Shown in pieces: positions 26,201-34,694 of a stretch of 55,352 nucleotides of DNA; within the stretch, counting starts at the first letter, position 1, and the number at the start of each line of letters is the position of its first letter. The stretch is from a virus (taxonomy: Duplodnaviria > Caudoviricetes), in IMG/VR virus record IMGVR_UViG_3300024323_000003, positions 1 through 55,352 of that record. One strand, given 5' to 3'. The notes beneath the pieces are model-generated. The model was not told the DNA's origin and searched no databases. It saw only the letters and a program-made list of their open reading frames with translations. The translations under genes were made by a program, and so were the position numbers.

Positions 26201-28962
26201 TTGGCAGTGACTTCCGCAATCAGGTTGGAAATCCAGTTCGGGTCGCGGTTCATTCGCGCCAGCGCCCGGGTGTTATCCTCGTCCCAGGTGCGCGTCTTGG
26301 TTTCTGGCATCGGGGGCTTCCCCATTGAAGCGCGGTCAGCGTCAATCGCGGCGAACATGTTGGACACGATGGATCCGGGTTGGCCGAATTCTCCCGGCTT
26401 GGCACCGCCCATGCCTTCCTCTCCGAGTGCGCCAGTGTTTGCGTCCGTCCCCGGCAGCGTCGGATGCTCCTTTTCCGCCTGAGCTTTGGCGGCGGCTGCT
26501 TGTTCGGCCTTGGCCTTCTCTGCCGCAATGCGTTCGGCATCAGTGCCCTTCTCGCCCATGAGGTTGAATGGCGCGTCCCCGCCCTGGAGCAAATCGCCTG
26601 TGCCTTTTTCACCAGGCCGGAGAGTTGGCGTCTTGGATTCCTCGGGCAAAAAGTCCGCATCGCCTTCAACCTGATCGTGCTTTTCGACGTAGATGCTCTT
26701 GCCTTCCTCAAGCTTCTGAGTGCCGAATTTACGCCCGTCTTTGAGCGTCACGTCGCCGGTTTCTTCGTCACGAGAAACGACCTCGACCCGCTCACCGTCA
26801 ACCTCCAGCACGTCGCCCGGGGCCAGTTCTTCGGTGATGACTTTGACATTTCCTTTGGGGTTTTTGGTAGTCGAATCGTACCAGTCTTGGTGCTGCTTCG
26901 CTTCTTCCTCAATCCATGCGGCTTCGCGGTCCCGCGTCTGAAAGACTTTCTTACGTTTCGCGCTCGCCTCTTTGATGGCGTCCCAAAGAGCGTTCACGGA
27001 AGGCTCGGACAGTTTTCCAGCATCATACGCTGCCTGAGCCACCGTGTCAGGCGTCGAACCTCGCTCGCTGTAAATAACATTGTGATGTGGTGCCGCGAGT
27101 GGCGCTGAATCATCCCAAAGCGAGGCGTTTTGTTTCGCCCAAGCACGACCTTTGGCGGCACGGGCTTGGGACTTGGACATCATCCTCATGTTGTCCACGA
27201 TCCAGTCGAGAATGTCGCTGCCTCCGAGCTCGGTTTCTTTGATGAATCGGGCCAATCCGGTCACACCGCGGGCGAGTTTCTTTTTGGAAACGGGAGCTTC
27301 AGCAGGTTTCTCAAACCCCTTCACATTAGCATCCCTCGCGGCGGTCAGTTGTACAGGTGGCTGTACTTGCTGCGTTTCTGCGCCTTGTGCTTCGGGAGGT
27401 TTTCCAAATTTAGCCTCAATCGCCGCCGCGTCCTGATCGTATTGGTGAGACGCCAATTCCTCTGCCGTTGGCTTCTCCCTGATATTTCCAGAAGCATAAG
27501 CATCCTCTTTGAGCTTGGATGCCTTTCTGAGAATGGAAGCGCCTGCTAACGGGTCAAATCCGGCATCTTTTATTTTCTGAGCGGCATCGAGATTTGCCGC
27601 CTGTTCGTCTACTCGACTGTCAATTTCGTGAGCGCCTTCTTTGTGAATGGTTTCGTGAGCTATTATGAACGCGATTTCACTGTCAGAAAGTCCTTGATCT
27701 AAAAGCTTTGGAAGCAGGTAAATTTTTCCGTGGCCGCGCATGTAAACTGCTATGCTTGGAAGAACTGTTCGCGTTCTTACTGGCGGAACTCGCATACCAG
27801 ATGCCTTTAATTTCTCCACAATGGCATTAACCGAAGGAGGAGCATCTCCATATTCCTCCCTGACATTCGGAGGTGTTGATTCTGTTTGGTCTGCAACAGT
27901 CTCCGGCGCTGTTTCAACAGCCTTCTCTGGCACCTTAACCCCAATAACCTCAGCCGCCGCCTCAGCCGCCTTGGGCAGTATCGGAGCGGCCTGCTCTATG
28001 GCTTGGGTTTGGAATTTGGCTGCGGCGGGTTCGGCGGTGGGATCCCCACTGGCAGCACCCATTTGGTCGGTGGTGACTGTTGGGGTTAGTGTAACGTCAA
28101 CTGTAGGCGGTGCAGGCGGTTCTGCTCCCGGCCTGATCTCGCGCTTCAATCCGTCAAACGGAGGTTCCTGAAACTTCTTCACGCTCGCGTTTTCCATTCC
28201 CACATGAGCCAAAGGACCGCCAGCCATGAATATCCCAAACGCAGTGTCGAAATCGCTCTTAGCCTTATCGGATTGGCTCATGTCGGGCGTTCCAACACGC
28301 TGCCCAAGCGAACTGCCTGCCACTTCCGCCCCCTGCTTTGCGAAGTAAGCCGAAATCGCGGCCTTGGCCAACGCCTGAACCTTCGGATTTGCAATCTGGC
28401 TGATTTTGGAAAGCCCTCCCACGATGCCGATGTTGCCGATGTTGATTTGATCGGCAATCTGGCGGGCCAATTCCCAGCCATACATTTCCTGCTTCGGAAT
28501 CAGGGTGGCTGGCGACATCGTGAGAACGCCCGGATCGCCCTCGCCTCCGTAGAGCACTTTAGCCACGTTCGGAAGGATGCCTTTAGGTGGCGTTCCCGGT
28601 TGCTGCTCGCCACGGAGTCCGAAAATCTTTGGAGCAGCCGTTTCCAACTTTTCGGCGATGGTCAGCGGGCGTTCAGGCTTGATGGCGCCGTACTTTTCTT
28701 CGGCGGTTGGTTCCTTCGGTGTCTCGTAACCTGGCAGCGTATCCCCCGGCATCACTCCGATAATCGGCTTTTCCTCTGCCGTTTGCTGGCGCTCCATCCA
28801 GGGAGGGACGGTGGCTTGGACTCTCGGGGTTTGCGTTTCCTCAACTAACGTCCCCGCGCTCGAAAAGTCCGGATTGGAGGGTTCTTCGACCAGTGTTCCT
28901 GATCCAGAAAAGTCAGGCTTTTCATCCACCAAAACACCGGCGATGCTGAAATCGAGAGGCAT
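23206..28962 (-). CDS. Giant internal virion/DNA ejection protein with an M48-like metallopeptidase domain
   Basis: 1918 aa, mostly helical; three N-terminal DFSxxGxLV(D/E)E repeats; IAHETIH...EQAAN...AGFDP; C-terminal DPRSSDFGK; last gene of the tail operon. Confidence 0.7.
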   Translation of the reverse strand: MPLDFSIAGVLVDEKPDFSGSGTLVEEPSNPDFSSAGTLVEETQTPRVQATVPPWMERQQTAEEKPIIGVMPGDTLPGYETPKEPTAEEKYGAIKPERPLTIAEKLETAAPKIFGLRGEQQPGTPPKGILPNVAKVLYGGEGDPGVLTMSPATLIPKQEMYGWELARQIADQINIGNIGIVGGLSKISQIANPKVQALAKAAISAYFAKQGAEVAGSSLGQRVGTPDMSQSDKAKSDFDTAFGIFMAGGPLAHVGMENASVKKFQEPPFDGLKREIRPGAEPPAPPTVDVTLTPTVTTDQMGAASGDPTAEPAAAKFQTQAIEQAAPILPKAAEAAAEVIGVKVPEKAVETAPETVADQTESTPPNVREEYGDAPPSVNAIVEKLKASGMRVPPVRTRTVLPSIAVYMRGHGKIYLLPKLLDQGLSDSEIAFIIAHETIHKEGAHEIDSRVDEQAANLDAAQKIKDAGFDPLAGASILRKASKLKEDAYASGNIREKPTAEELASHQYDQDAAAIEAKFGKPPEAQGAETQQVQPPVQLTAARDANVKGFEKPAEAPVSKKKLARGVTGLARFIKETELGGSDILDWIVDNMRMMSKSQARAAKGRAWAKQNASLWDDSAPLAAPHHNVIYSERGSTPDTVAQAAYDAGKLSEPSVNALWDAIKEASAKRKKVFQTRDREAAWIEEEAKQHQDWYDSTTKNPKGNVKVITEELAPGDVLEVDGERVEVVSRDEETGDVTLKDGRKFGTQKLEEGKSIYVEKHDQVEGDADFLPEESKTPTLRPGEKGTGDLLQGGDAPFNLMGEKGTDAERIAAEKAKAEQAAAAKAQAEKEHPTLPGTDANTGALGEEGMGGAKPGEFGQPGSIVSNMFAAIDADRASMGKPPMPETKTRTWDEDNTRALARMNRDPNWISNLIAEVTANPRPLLSWENAGLVWERARLKAETNNALKRVARAFDDGRADDLSEAKTDVANFERQLDALDDAVGRNGTGTEAGRTLQAQKMGARDDFTLVEMRLRKRNEANNGAPLTAAQEAEIEALHKKIAAYEDHIAKTQERDAARAVQDALDAAQRDANKQPVVEPHVRIIADKVKQYFDTRADAARKRLSGKLFTISPQVLLDLTDIGVSTILSGAAEITSWSAKMVGEFGDKIKPHLQTVWEASQAALDSQTKKIAGGQFEKVKRAVRGADVEEQQKATIEAIKGKVDNGEKKGIAQLVQRLARTFVEQGIKKLDPLIDALHKVLVEIDPTITRRDAMDAFSGYGDFKQLSKDQISVEIRDLKGQGQQVAKLEDITAKKPILKTGVERRPQSDAERRLIQQVNEAKRRFGVIVTDPARQLKSALDSIKTNLRNRISDLTYQIKSGQKIVRKKTGVPYDKEALDLKAERDALKAQFDETFGKPEMTDEQRVKMATSAVEKSILELERRIKEGDLNTAKQPSKTPVTPELEALRAKRDALKDQFKELQDLANPKKTPEERALASLKTRLRNRTAELQDKLARGDFSVKPKRETPMDAEATKLHFEAEKAKREFHIGLMKDRLAKRPRWKKILGGAGEAINTTRAIMTSMDLSAVLRQGGFTAFGHPIRALKSFPAMFRAFRSPEGQFKVEQEIMARPNYPLYRRSKLYLSEHNQKLSQMEEAYMSRWADKIPFVAGSQRAYVTFLNKLRADSFDAMAKTLARDRTLTPKEANAISNFINVSTGRGNLGMKENALVGLNTVFFAPRYVASRFQLLAVQPMYQGTAATRGLIASEYARYLIGIGVVYALANMDGAKVETDPRSSDFGKLRYGNTRVDPLSGLQQEIVLTSRLASGKTKDNKGRIEPIRGPKVPFGHGNSADVLARFARSKLAPVPGAIVDSLAGENVVVQPVTPLGTAAGLVTPLALSDIVKAMEDQGVPRGTAMAIVSIFGMGLQTYSPNKAGTR

Positions 28963-28968
28963 GTCATT

Positions 28969-29196
28969 TTATCGAATTCGATCCAAAAAAGAGGTTGGCA
29001 ATCCTCCATTAAGCCTACAAAATTCCTCATCCGAAAGCGTGTCCTTGGCCGAATAGGCCGATTTCAAGTACTCGATGAAGGCCAACCCGAATTTTCGGCA
29101 CATAACCGAGAAAGGGAATTTGGTATTGGTTTCTCCATCTGTGCTCAAACCTTCCGAGCACATGCGATTCCAGTCTTGGGTTGTGGGATGCTTCAT
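28969..29196 (-). CDS. Hypothetical protein
   Basis: 75 aa; ATGA-coupled. Confidence 0.55.
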   Translation of the reverse strand: MKHPTTQDWNRMCSEGLSTDGETNTKFPFSVMCRKFGLAFIEYLKSAYSAKDTLSDEEFCRLNGGLPTSFLDRIR

Positions 29197-30173
29197 TTCT
29201 TGCGGTATGTTTTCCCATCGGCGGGATTAACGAACAGAGTCCCGCTTTCCAACGCATTGAGTTCAGCCTGAGTTTTTGGTGTGGCGATGGCAGCGGAAGT
29301 GGATGCCGGAGCACTGCCTCCTGTCGAATTAAACAGCCCGACATTTGAACTTGGTCCGGTAACTGGGATGCCTGCGTTTGGCGTGACAGCATCGGATGTT
29401 GGAATAGCCGCTGCCGCTCCCATGTTCAACTTGGGATTCAAAAGCCCGTCCAGTTTCGACCTGAGCGCAGTCTTTTTATCTTCATCGGTTTCGGCTTTCA
29501 ACTGATCCTTCAAATCGGTGATCTGAGCGGCCCGTTGCGTGTCGCTCTCTTTCTCGGATCGAACTATGTCGTGGTGCTGTTGCCATACCTCACCAGCATT
29601 GCTCTTGCTGTCGAGGTCGTGCGTTGTGCTGCCTTTCCCGCGAAATAGGATGTTGTGAGTGTTCCCTTTCTCGTCGGTGAATTTCATCGTCTGCGGGATG
29701 TCGGCTTGAGTGTTTCCAACTCCGCGAATGGCCGATGCTGCTCCCGCTCCGGTTCCAAACATCGGAAGGTTCTCAAACATAGAAATTCTCGAAGACTCGT
29801 CAGGGGTCTTTCCCGAAGCAACCAATTCGCCATACCGATTCTGATACGACTTTTGAAACTGAAACTGTCTTGCCGCCTGAGCCGTCGCCAGCGCAACCTT
29901 TTGCTGTGCGGCCTCGATCTGCTGCTGCTGCAAAGCAATCTGCTGGTCTTTGTAGGCTTTGCTGACCTGCAACTCCTGAGCCTGCTGCAACGTGTTAGCC
30001 TCAAGCTGCTGCTGCTTTACCTGAGTCTCCATCGCGGCCTGTTGCTGGCTGGCGGCGAGTTTGTTGCGGGCCTCACCAAGCTGGGCGCCAACCTGCAACC
30101 CGCTGACGAATTGCTTGGCGATGTCGCCGGGTTGGGTTTCAAGCCACGAGGGCAAATTGTAGCTTTGGGCCAT
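29193..30173 (-). CDS. Probable internal virion/ejection protein
   Basis: Gln/Ala-rich coiled coil; position between tail genes and the giant protein. Confidence 0.55.
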   Translation of the reverse strand: MAQSYNLPSWLETQPGDIAKQFVSGLQVGAQLGEARNKLAASQQQAAMETQVKQQQLEANTLQQAQELQVSKAYKDQQIALQQQQIEAAQQKVALATAQAARQFQFQKSYQNRYGELVASGKTPDESSRISMFENLPMFGTGAGAASAIRGVGNTQADIPQTMKFTDEKGNTHNILFRGKGSTTHDLDSKSNAGEVWQQHHDIVRSEKESDTQRAAQITDLKDQLKAETDEDKKTALRSKLDGLLNPKLNMGAAAAIPTSDAVTPNAGIPVTGPSSNVGLFNSTGGSAPASTSAAIATPKTQAELNALESGTLFVNPADGKTYRKK

Positions 30174-30175
30174 GT

Positions 30176-31138
30176 TTAACCTTCGTCGGGTCCGGTAATC
30201 GCGTTGTCGGAGTAATTGTCTCCAGTGGCCACGGTGTCTCCAAATTTACCGTAACTCCCCGCGCCGTACACGCTGTTATACCAGTCCTCGAAACTCTGGT
30301 TGCTGGTCGCGGGATTGGCCGTGGTTGCCGAATTTCCACCTGACGTGGTGCTGGTGGCTCCCGTCCCGAGAATCGAACTGAGCAACTGCGCGATGCTGCT
30401 GTTGGTGCCGGTGCTGGTCGTTGTTGGCGCAGAGCCCGCCGCCGCGCTTCCGGTATTCACGCCGGAGGTTGCAGCATCTATGGCGGCTTTGCCCGCCGTA
30501 GCCGGATTCGCTGCGCTGGCAATCGTGTTCGCCTGGTTCTGAGCGGTGCCAACGTCGTTTGCGTTCGTGAGGTATCCAGAGTAATCGAACGCATTGGCCT
30601 TGGGCGACGAGTTAATCATCGAGGCGAACTGTGTGGCTCCTTGCTGCTGCTGGCCTTCGCTGGTCAGTCCCAGGGCGCGGAGCAGGGATGATTCGTTGGC
30701 CGCACTGCCGCCGATGCCGCTGGACACCCCACGCTCGGCTGCCTGCTGCGTGATGGTGTTGATCGTGCCGCTGGACACCTTTCCCGAGAGCAGATCGGAA
30801 ATGTCGGACGCCCATTTGTCCATGTTGCCAGAGTAACCGGGAGTGAGCGTGTTCTGTTGCGACACCGCCTGATTCGCGTTGAACTGGTTCGCGCTGTCGG
30901 CCAAGTCGTAGAGGCTGCTGAGGTTTCCGGTCGTGTCACTGATGGCGGTCGCCGCGGAAGTTGCAGGGTCAGCCGTGTTGGGCTTGCCGCCATAGGTCGA
31001 GTCGTAATCGTAGGCGCTGCCGGTCACGCTACCGGGGCTTGTCACCCCGGACGAAATTGGATTTCCGTTTTCGTCGTAAGTCGTGTTGCCGCCTCCGGTC
31101 AACTCGCTCCACGACATTTGTCCTGCTGTTTTTGCCAT
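30176..31138 (-). CDS. Probable internal virion/ejection protein
   Basis: Ser/Thr/Gly/Ala-rich low complexity, AAERGVSSG; position. Confidence 0.55.
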   Translation of the reverse strand: MAKTAGQMSWSELTGGGNTTYDENGNPISSGVTSPGSVTGSAYDYDSTYGGKPNTADPATSAATAISDTTGNLSSLYDLADSANQFNANQAVSQQNTLTPGYSGNMDKWASDISDLLSGKVSSGTINTITQQAAERGVSSGIGGSAANESSLLRALGLTSEGQQQQGATQFASMINSSPKANAFDYSGYLTNANDVGTAQNQANTIASAANPATAGKAAIDAATSGVNTGSAAAGSAPTTTSTGTNSSIAQLLSSILGTGATSTTSGGNSATTANPATSNQSFEDWYNSVYGAGSYGKFGDTVATGDNYSDNAITGPDEG

Positions 31139-31142
31139 AGTG

Positions 31143-32192
31143 CTACATCATCCTACCAATTCGTAAGCGGCTCAATTTAGCTGAACCAAAAGGCGCGAAT
31201 TCCACGGCGGGTTCACTGATGCCCAAGAAATGTCCAAGCTCTCCGTTGAGCAGCCGTATCGCCTGAATGTGCTTTTCGTTCGCCATCGCTTTCGAGTCTT
31301 TGTTGTCCACCTCAGAATAACGCACGCTCTGCGCTTCCTCAATCAGTGCCTCAAGGTTTTGGATGAGTAAATAATCCTGGTCAACCTGAACGGGTATGAG
31401 GTCCAGCTTCACGATGGCCGTCAGTGAAACACTCGTCGCGTCGGAGCCAGGGCAGCATTGGTTGAATCTCAACGGGTCAAAGAGGTAACGTCGGTATCCA
31501 CTCGTCATTTCAGAGGGTTCCATCGTCAGAAGCAACACCTGCGCTCCTGTCGCCGGGTCGGTGGAAAAAATCTGAACATTGCCGCTCGTCATGTCTTTTT
31601 GAATCCCGGTGATCGTGTTGAATTGGACCGGGGCGCTGACGAACGGAGAGCGCAAAACCACGTAGATGCCTTGGACCTGATTCAAGCCATCTTGCGAGTA
31701 AATCGTTTGACCATTGTTGTCTGTGCCCTGGAGCAGGACACGCTTGCCAGCGTCGGCGGGGTCCGTCATGTAGCAGGTAAGTATTTGCGGAGGGGCGCTG
31801 ATGTCAACAAAGGTTGGAACGACGTTGCGGGAATAGACCTGCAAGGCGTTGGGCCAGCAACGGTTTCGACATGACTGACCCATACGGCCATTGCCGAAAC
31901 GAAGATATTCAAAAAATTGATTTTGGACCTGCACTGGTCGCTGGCACACATCAACCATTTCGAGGCGAGCAACTTCCCGGGGCAGAGTGAGATATGGAGT
32001 CGTTCGGTTTACGGAGAACTGCATTTCGGCCCAGGTGCCCCACCACGAATCCTCATTTGCCTCTTTCGCGTATAGCAATCGGCGCTGGCAGGTATTCGCC
32101 ATTTGAGCGATGCCGACGAGATCGGACTGGCACAGGCCAACCACGGTTGGAAATCTGGACAGTCTGAGGTCAAACAATCGGAGTCTCTGCAC
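31143..32192 (-). CDS. Probable head-tail adaptor (tail tubular protein A-like)
   Basis: About 349 aa from GTG 32192; helix-beta-helix layout with YLTLPRE; position in the tail operon. Confidence 0.5.
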   Translation of the reverse strand: MQRLRLFDLRLSRFPTVVGLCQSDLVGIAQMANTCQRRLLYAKEANEDSWWGTWAEMQFSVNRTTPYLTLPREVARLEMVDVCQRPVQVQNQFFEYLRFGNGRMGQSCRNRCWPNALQVYSRNVVPTFVDISAPPQILTCYMTDPADAGKRVLLQGTDNNGQTIYSQDGLNQVQGIYVVLRSPFVSAPVQFNTITGIQKDMTSGNVQIFSTDPATGAQVLLLTMEPSEMTSGYRRYLFDPLRFNQCCPGSDATSVSLTAIVKLDLIPVQVDQDYLLIQNLEALIEEAQSVRYSEVDNKDSKAMANEKHIQAIRLLNGELGHFLGISEPAVEFAPFGSAKLSRLRIGRMM

Positions 32193-32290
32193 AGTTAGTC
32201 CTTTACTCTTTATTGGAGATTTGGCAAGATGAAATTGCCCCGGCACTGTTGGCACAGCCCGAGGCTCGGCAAACCAAAACTGACTTGATT

Positions 32291-32812
32291 ATGCAAAACG
32301 AGATTACGGCTGAGTATCTACAATCGCAAGGACTTTCGCAATCATTCCCTGATCGCTTCTGGGAAAAGGTGTTCATTATGCCTTATGACAGGGGTTGCTG
32401 GCTATGGACGGCTTGGACAAATGAAGATGGGTATGGATCAATTTCAACCAAAGGGCATCACGAGGGTCGAGTCGGTGCGCATGTTGCATCGTGGATTATC
32501 CATCGCGGACCAGTGCCGAAAGGCATGTGCGTTCTTCACCGCTGCGACAATCCGCCATGCGTGAACCCTGACCATTTGTGGATCGGAACAAATCTGGAAA
32601 ATATTAGAGATCGGCACCTTAAAGGAAGAAACGCGAGACAAAAAGGAGAGTCAAATCCAATGTCCGCCTTTACCGAGGATGAGGTTTTGATAATCATAAA
32701 TACCTACAAAATGCAGGACAGAAGCTATCACGAGTTGGCGCGTATTTTTGGCGTCAACGCAATGACGCTCAATCTTATGGTTCGCAGGAAAACTTGGGGG
32801 CATGTAGCGTAG
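32291..32812 (+). CDS. HNH homing endonuclease (antisense insertion in the tail operon)
   Basis: RFWEKV, CWLWT, AHVASW, VLHRCDNPPCVNPDHLWIGT..EN, KGR...GESN. Confidence 0.92.
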   Translation: MQNEITAEYLQSQGLSQSFPDRFWEKVFIMPYDRGCWLWTAWTNEDGYGSISTKGHHEGRVGAHVASWIIHRGPVPKGMCVLHRCDNPPCVNPDHLWIGTNLENIRDRHLKGRNARQKGESNPMSAFTEDEVLIIINTYKMQDRSYHELARIFGVNAMTLNLMVRRKTWGHVA

Positions 32813-32847
32813 TGCCCAATACACCCCAAAGCCTCGCAGGTCAACGC

Positions 32848-34692
32848 TTAGATGGAGTTCACCGCTGGCCACGTCTTGCCTGCACCACCGTTGTAAAGTG
32901 TGGCTATTTGAGCCGCTGAGTACACTTTAGCTGTGGCCAAACCAATCTCGTCCACTTCCAAAAACGCAACAAGGTCAGTCTGAACGACCGCCGTAGGCAT
33001 TGCCTGAGTGACAGCAAAACTCCCGTGTGTCTGAGCCGCCGCTATTGTGTTTGGGGCTGTTGAAACTACTGGCGCGTGGGCGTCAATGTAGAGCGTGAGT
33101 TTCTTGGTCACGTTGTCGAACGTGCCGGCGAAGAAGTGCCACGCGCTGTTGGAGACTGCCAAAACCAGAGTTGCCGTCGTGGTCGCCGCCAGCGGGTCGG
33201 TTAGCGTCAAAGTGAACGTGTTGGTTGGGCGGTCATACGCCAACGAGAACACAATATCAGCAGAGTTTCCCATCGTGGCGTTAAAAAGTCCAAAGCTGCC
33301 GGTGGTAGTAGTGCCGTCGAATTTGAACCAGCCAAAGCAACTCAATCCCGGGGAGGATGGGTTGAAAGATATTTGGGTTATGTCGTCGGTGGACAGCACA
33401 GCAGGACTCCCTGAGTCGTTTCCAAACGGCAGTTTGTAGCCTTTCCCGATAATGCCAACCGGATACCCTGAAACGTCGTAGGCAGAAGTTGTCAAACTCG
33501 CTGGTCCAGACGATCCTCCATTGGCATTGAATGTCCCTATCGGTCCGGTGAAAGGGTCGCTCAACCAGCCATCCCCGCCATCTCCCAATACTTGAGTAAA
33601 CCAGTTTCCTCCACCAAAAGTAAGTACAACGGCCGCCGTTAAAGATTCGATTCCAGGCGCCAGCGGTGCTGCGATTGTCAGTGTTGGAAATCCAAATGAG
33701 AGAGGCTGAAAAGCTCCGTTTCCTCGCCCTTGATATGGCGCTGGAAATTTTCCATCCCAAACCGATACGCCAGCAAATCCAGGAGATCCCCATTGGAAAA
33801 AACCATCGAAATATCCATTTATCTGCAAACCCATTCCGTAGGCCAGTTTCAAACCCGCCACCTCGTCGGTAAAATACTTTTGAGATGGATCACCGGGATA
33901 CGGTCGAGGATCAAGTGCGTGGTCAAAAGACCAATAGGCGGTCAGCGTTGTGCCGGTAACAGTTATCGTGAACGTCCGCTCCGCATAGTTACCCTGCGAG
34001 TCCGTTGCCCTGAGCGTGAATGACTGAGCCCCGGAGGTCGTCGGTGTGCCGATGATGCCCACCGTCTTGCTCAACGTCGGGTCGCCACCAGATGCGTCGT
34101 CGAGCACGAGTCCTGCCGGCAATGGCGTTGTCGCCGTCCAGTGGTAGGGCGCAAAGTTTCCGGTGAGAATCACCGTGCCGAAGTAGCTGGTTCCCACGGT
34201 GCCGGTCACGTTATCCAGAGAGCCGATGCAGATTAGGAATTTGTTGGCGTTATTGCAGGCGAGTGATTCGGCGGCACGGTCAACTAGGGTCGGGTTTGGA
34301 TTGGTAACGGTGCCGGCTGGCACGACATAGGTGAACTGGCCGCCATTGGGGCATTGGATGGTGCAGGATTGCTCGTTGTTCTGGTAGAGCGCCACGCCCC
34401 AGTTTCCGGGGTCGTTCGCGGCTCCGTCGTCAGGGGTCGAAGGATTGCCGTCGTCAACCTGATTTGCTACGGCACCCGCGGCAGCGCAGAGATCGGCAGC
34501 CTCTTGAGAGACGGTGGATTCGCAGAAGTTGTATCCGTTAGCGTTATCGAACGGAGTTCCGATTGGTGGCGTGATTTGCGGGGATCCGCTGGAGAATCCA
34601 AGGAACACGTCGCGGTCGGGTGCCTCACTGGAAAAGTTGCCAGCAGGATTACCCTCGCACGGGCAGTTCGATTTTGTTGGGCACGGCTTCAC
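32848..34692 (-). CDS. Tail fibre/adhesin: Cys-rich N-terminus, Ig-like domain, LamG/ConA-like domain
   Basis: LPAGLVL...GTPTTSGAQSFTLRATDSQG (Ig); AYWSFD, WHFFAGTFD, LTLYID, VDEIG, SAAQIATLYN (LamG). Confidence 0.8.
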   Translation of the reverse strand: MKPCPTKSNCPCEGNPAGNFSSEAPDRDVFLGFSSGSPQITPPIGTPFDNANGYNFCESTVSQEAADLCAAAGAVANQVDDGNPSTPDDGAANDPGNWGVALYQNNEQSCTIQCPNGGQFTYVVPAGTVTNPNPTLVDRAAESLACNNANKFLICIGSLDNVTGTVGTSYFGTVILTGNFAPYHWTATTPLPAGLVLDDASGGDPTLSKTVGIIGTPTTSGAQSFTLRATDSQGNYAERTFTITVTGTTLTAYWSFDHALDPRPYPGDPSQKYFTDEVAGLKLAYGMGLQINGYFDGFFQWGSPGFAGVSVWDGKFPAPYQGRGNGAFQPLSFGFPTLTIAAPLAPGIESLTAAVVLTFGGGNWFTQVLGDGGDGWLSDPFTGPIGTFNANGGSSGPASLTTSAYDVSGYPVGIIGKGYKLPFGNDSGSPAVLSTDDITQISFNPSSPGLSCFGWFKFDGTTTTGSFGLFNATMGNSADIVFSLAYDRPTNTFTLTLTDPLAATTTATLVLAVSNSAWHFFAGTFDNVTKKLTLYIDAHAPVVSTAPNTIAAAQTHGSFAVTQAMPTAVVQTDLVAFLEVDEIGLATAKVYSAAQIATLYNGGAGKTWPAVNSI

Positions 34693-34694
34693 GC

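Noticed and set aside
23206-28962. Tape measure protein or virion RNA polymerase
   Set aside because: No tail tube or chaperone genes nearby and no polymerase catalytic motifs recognised; the context fits a podovirus ejection protein
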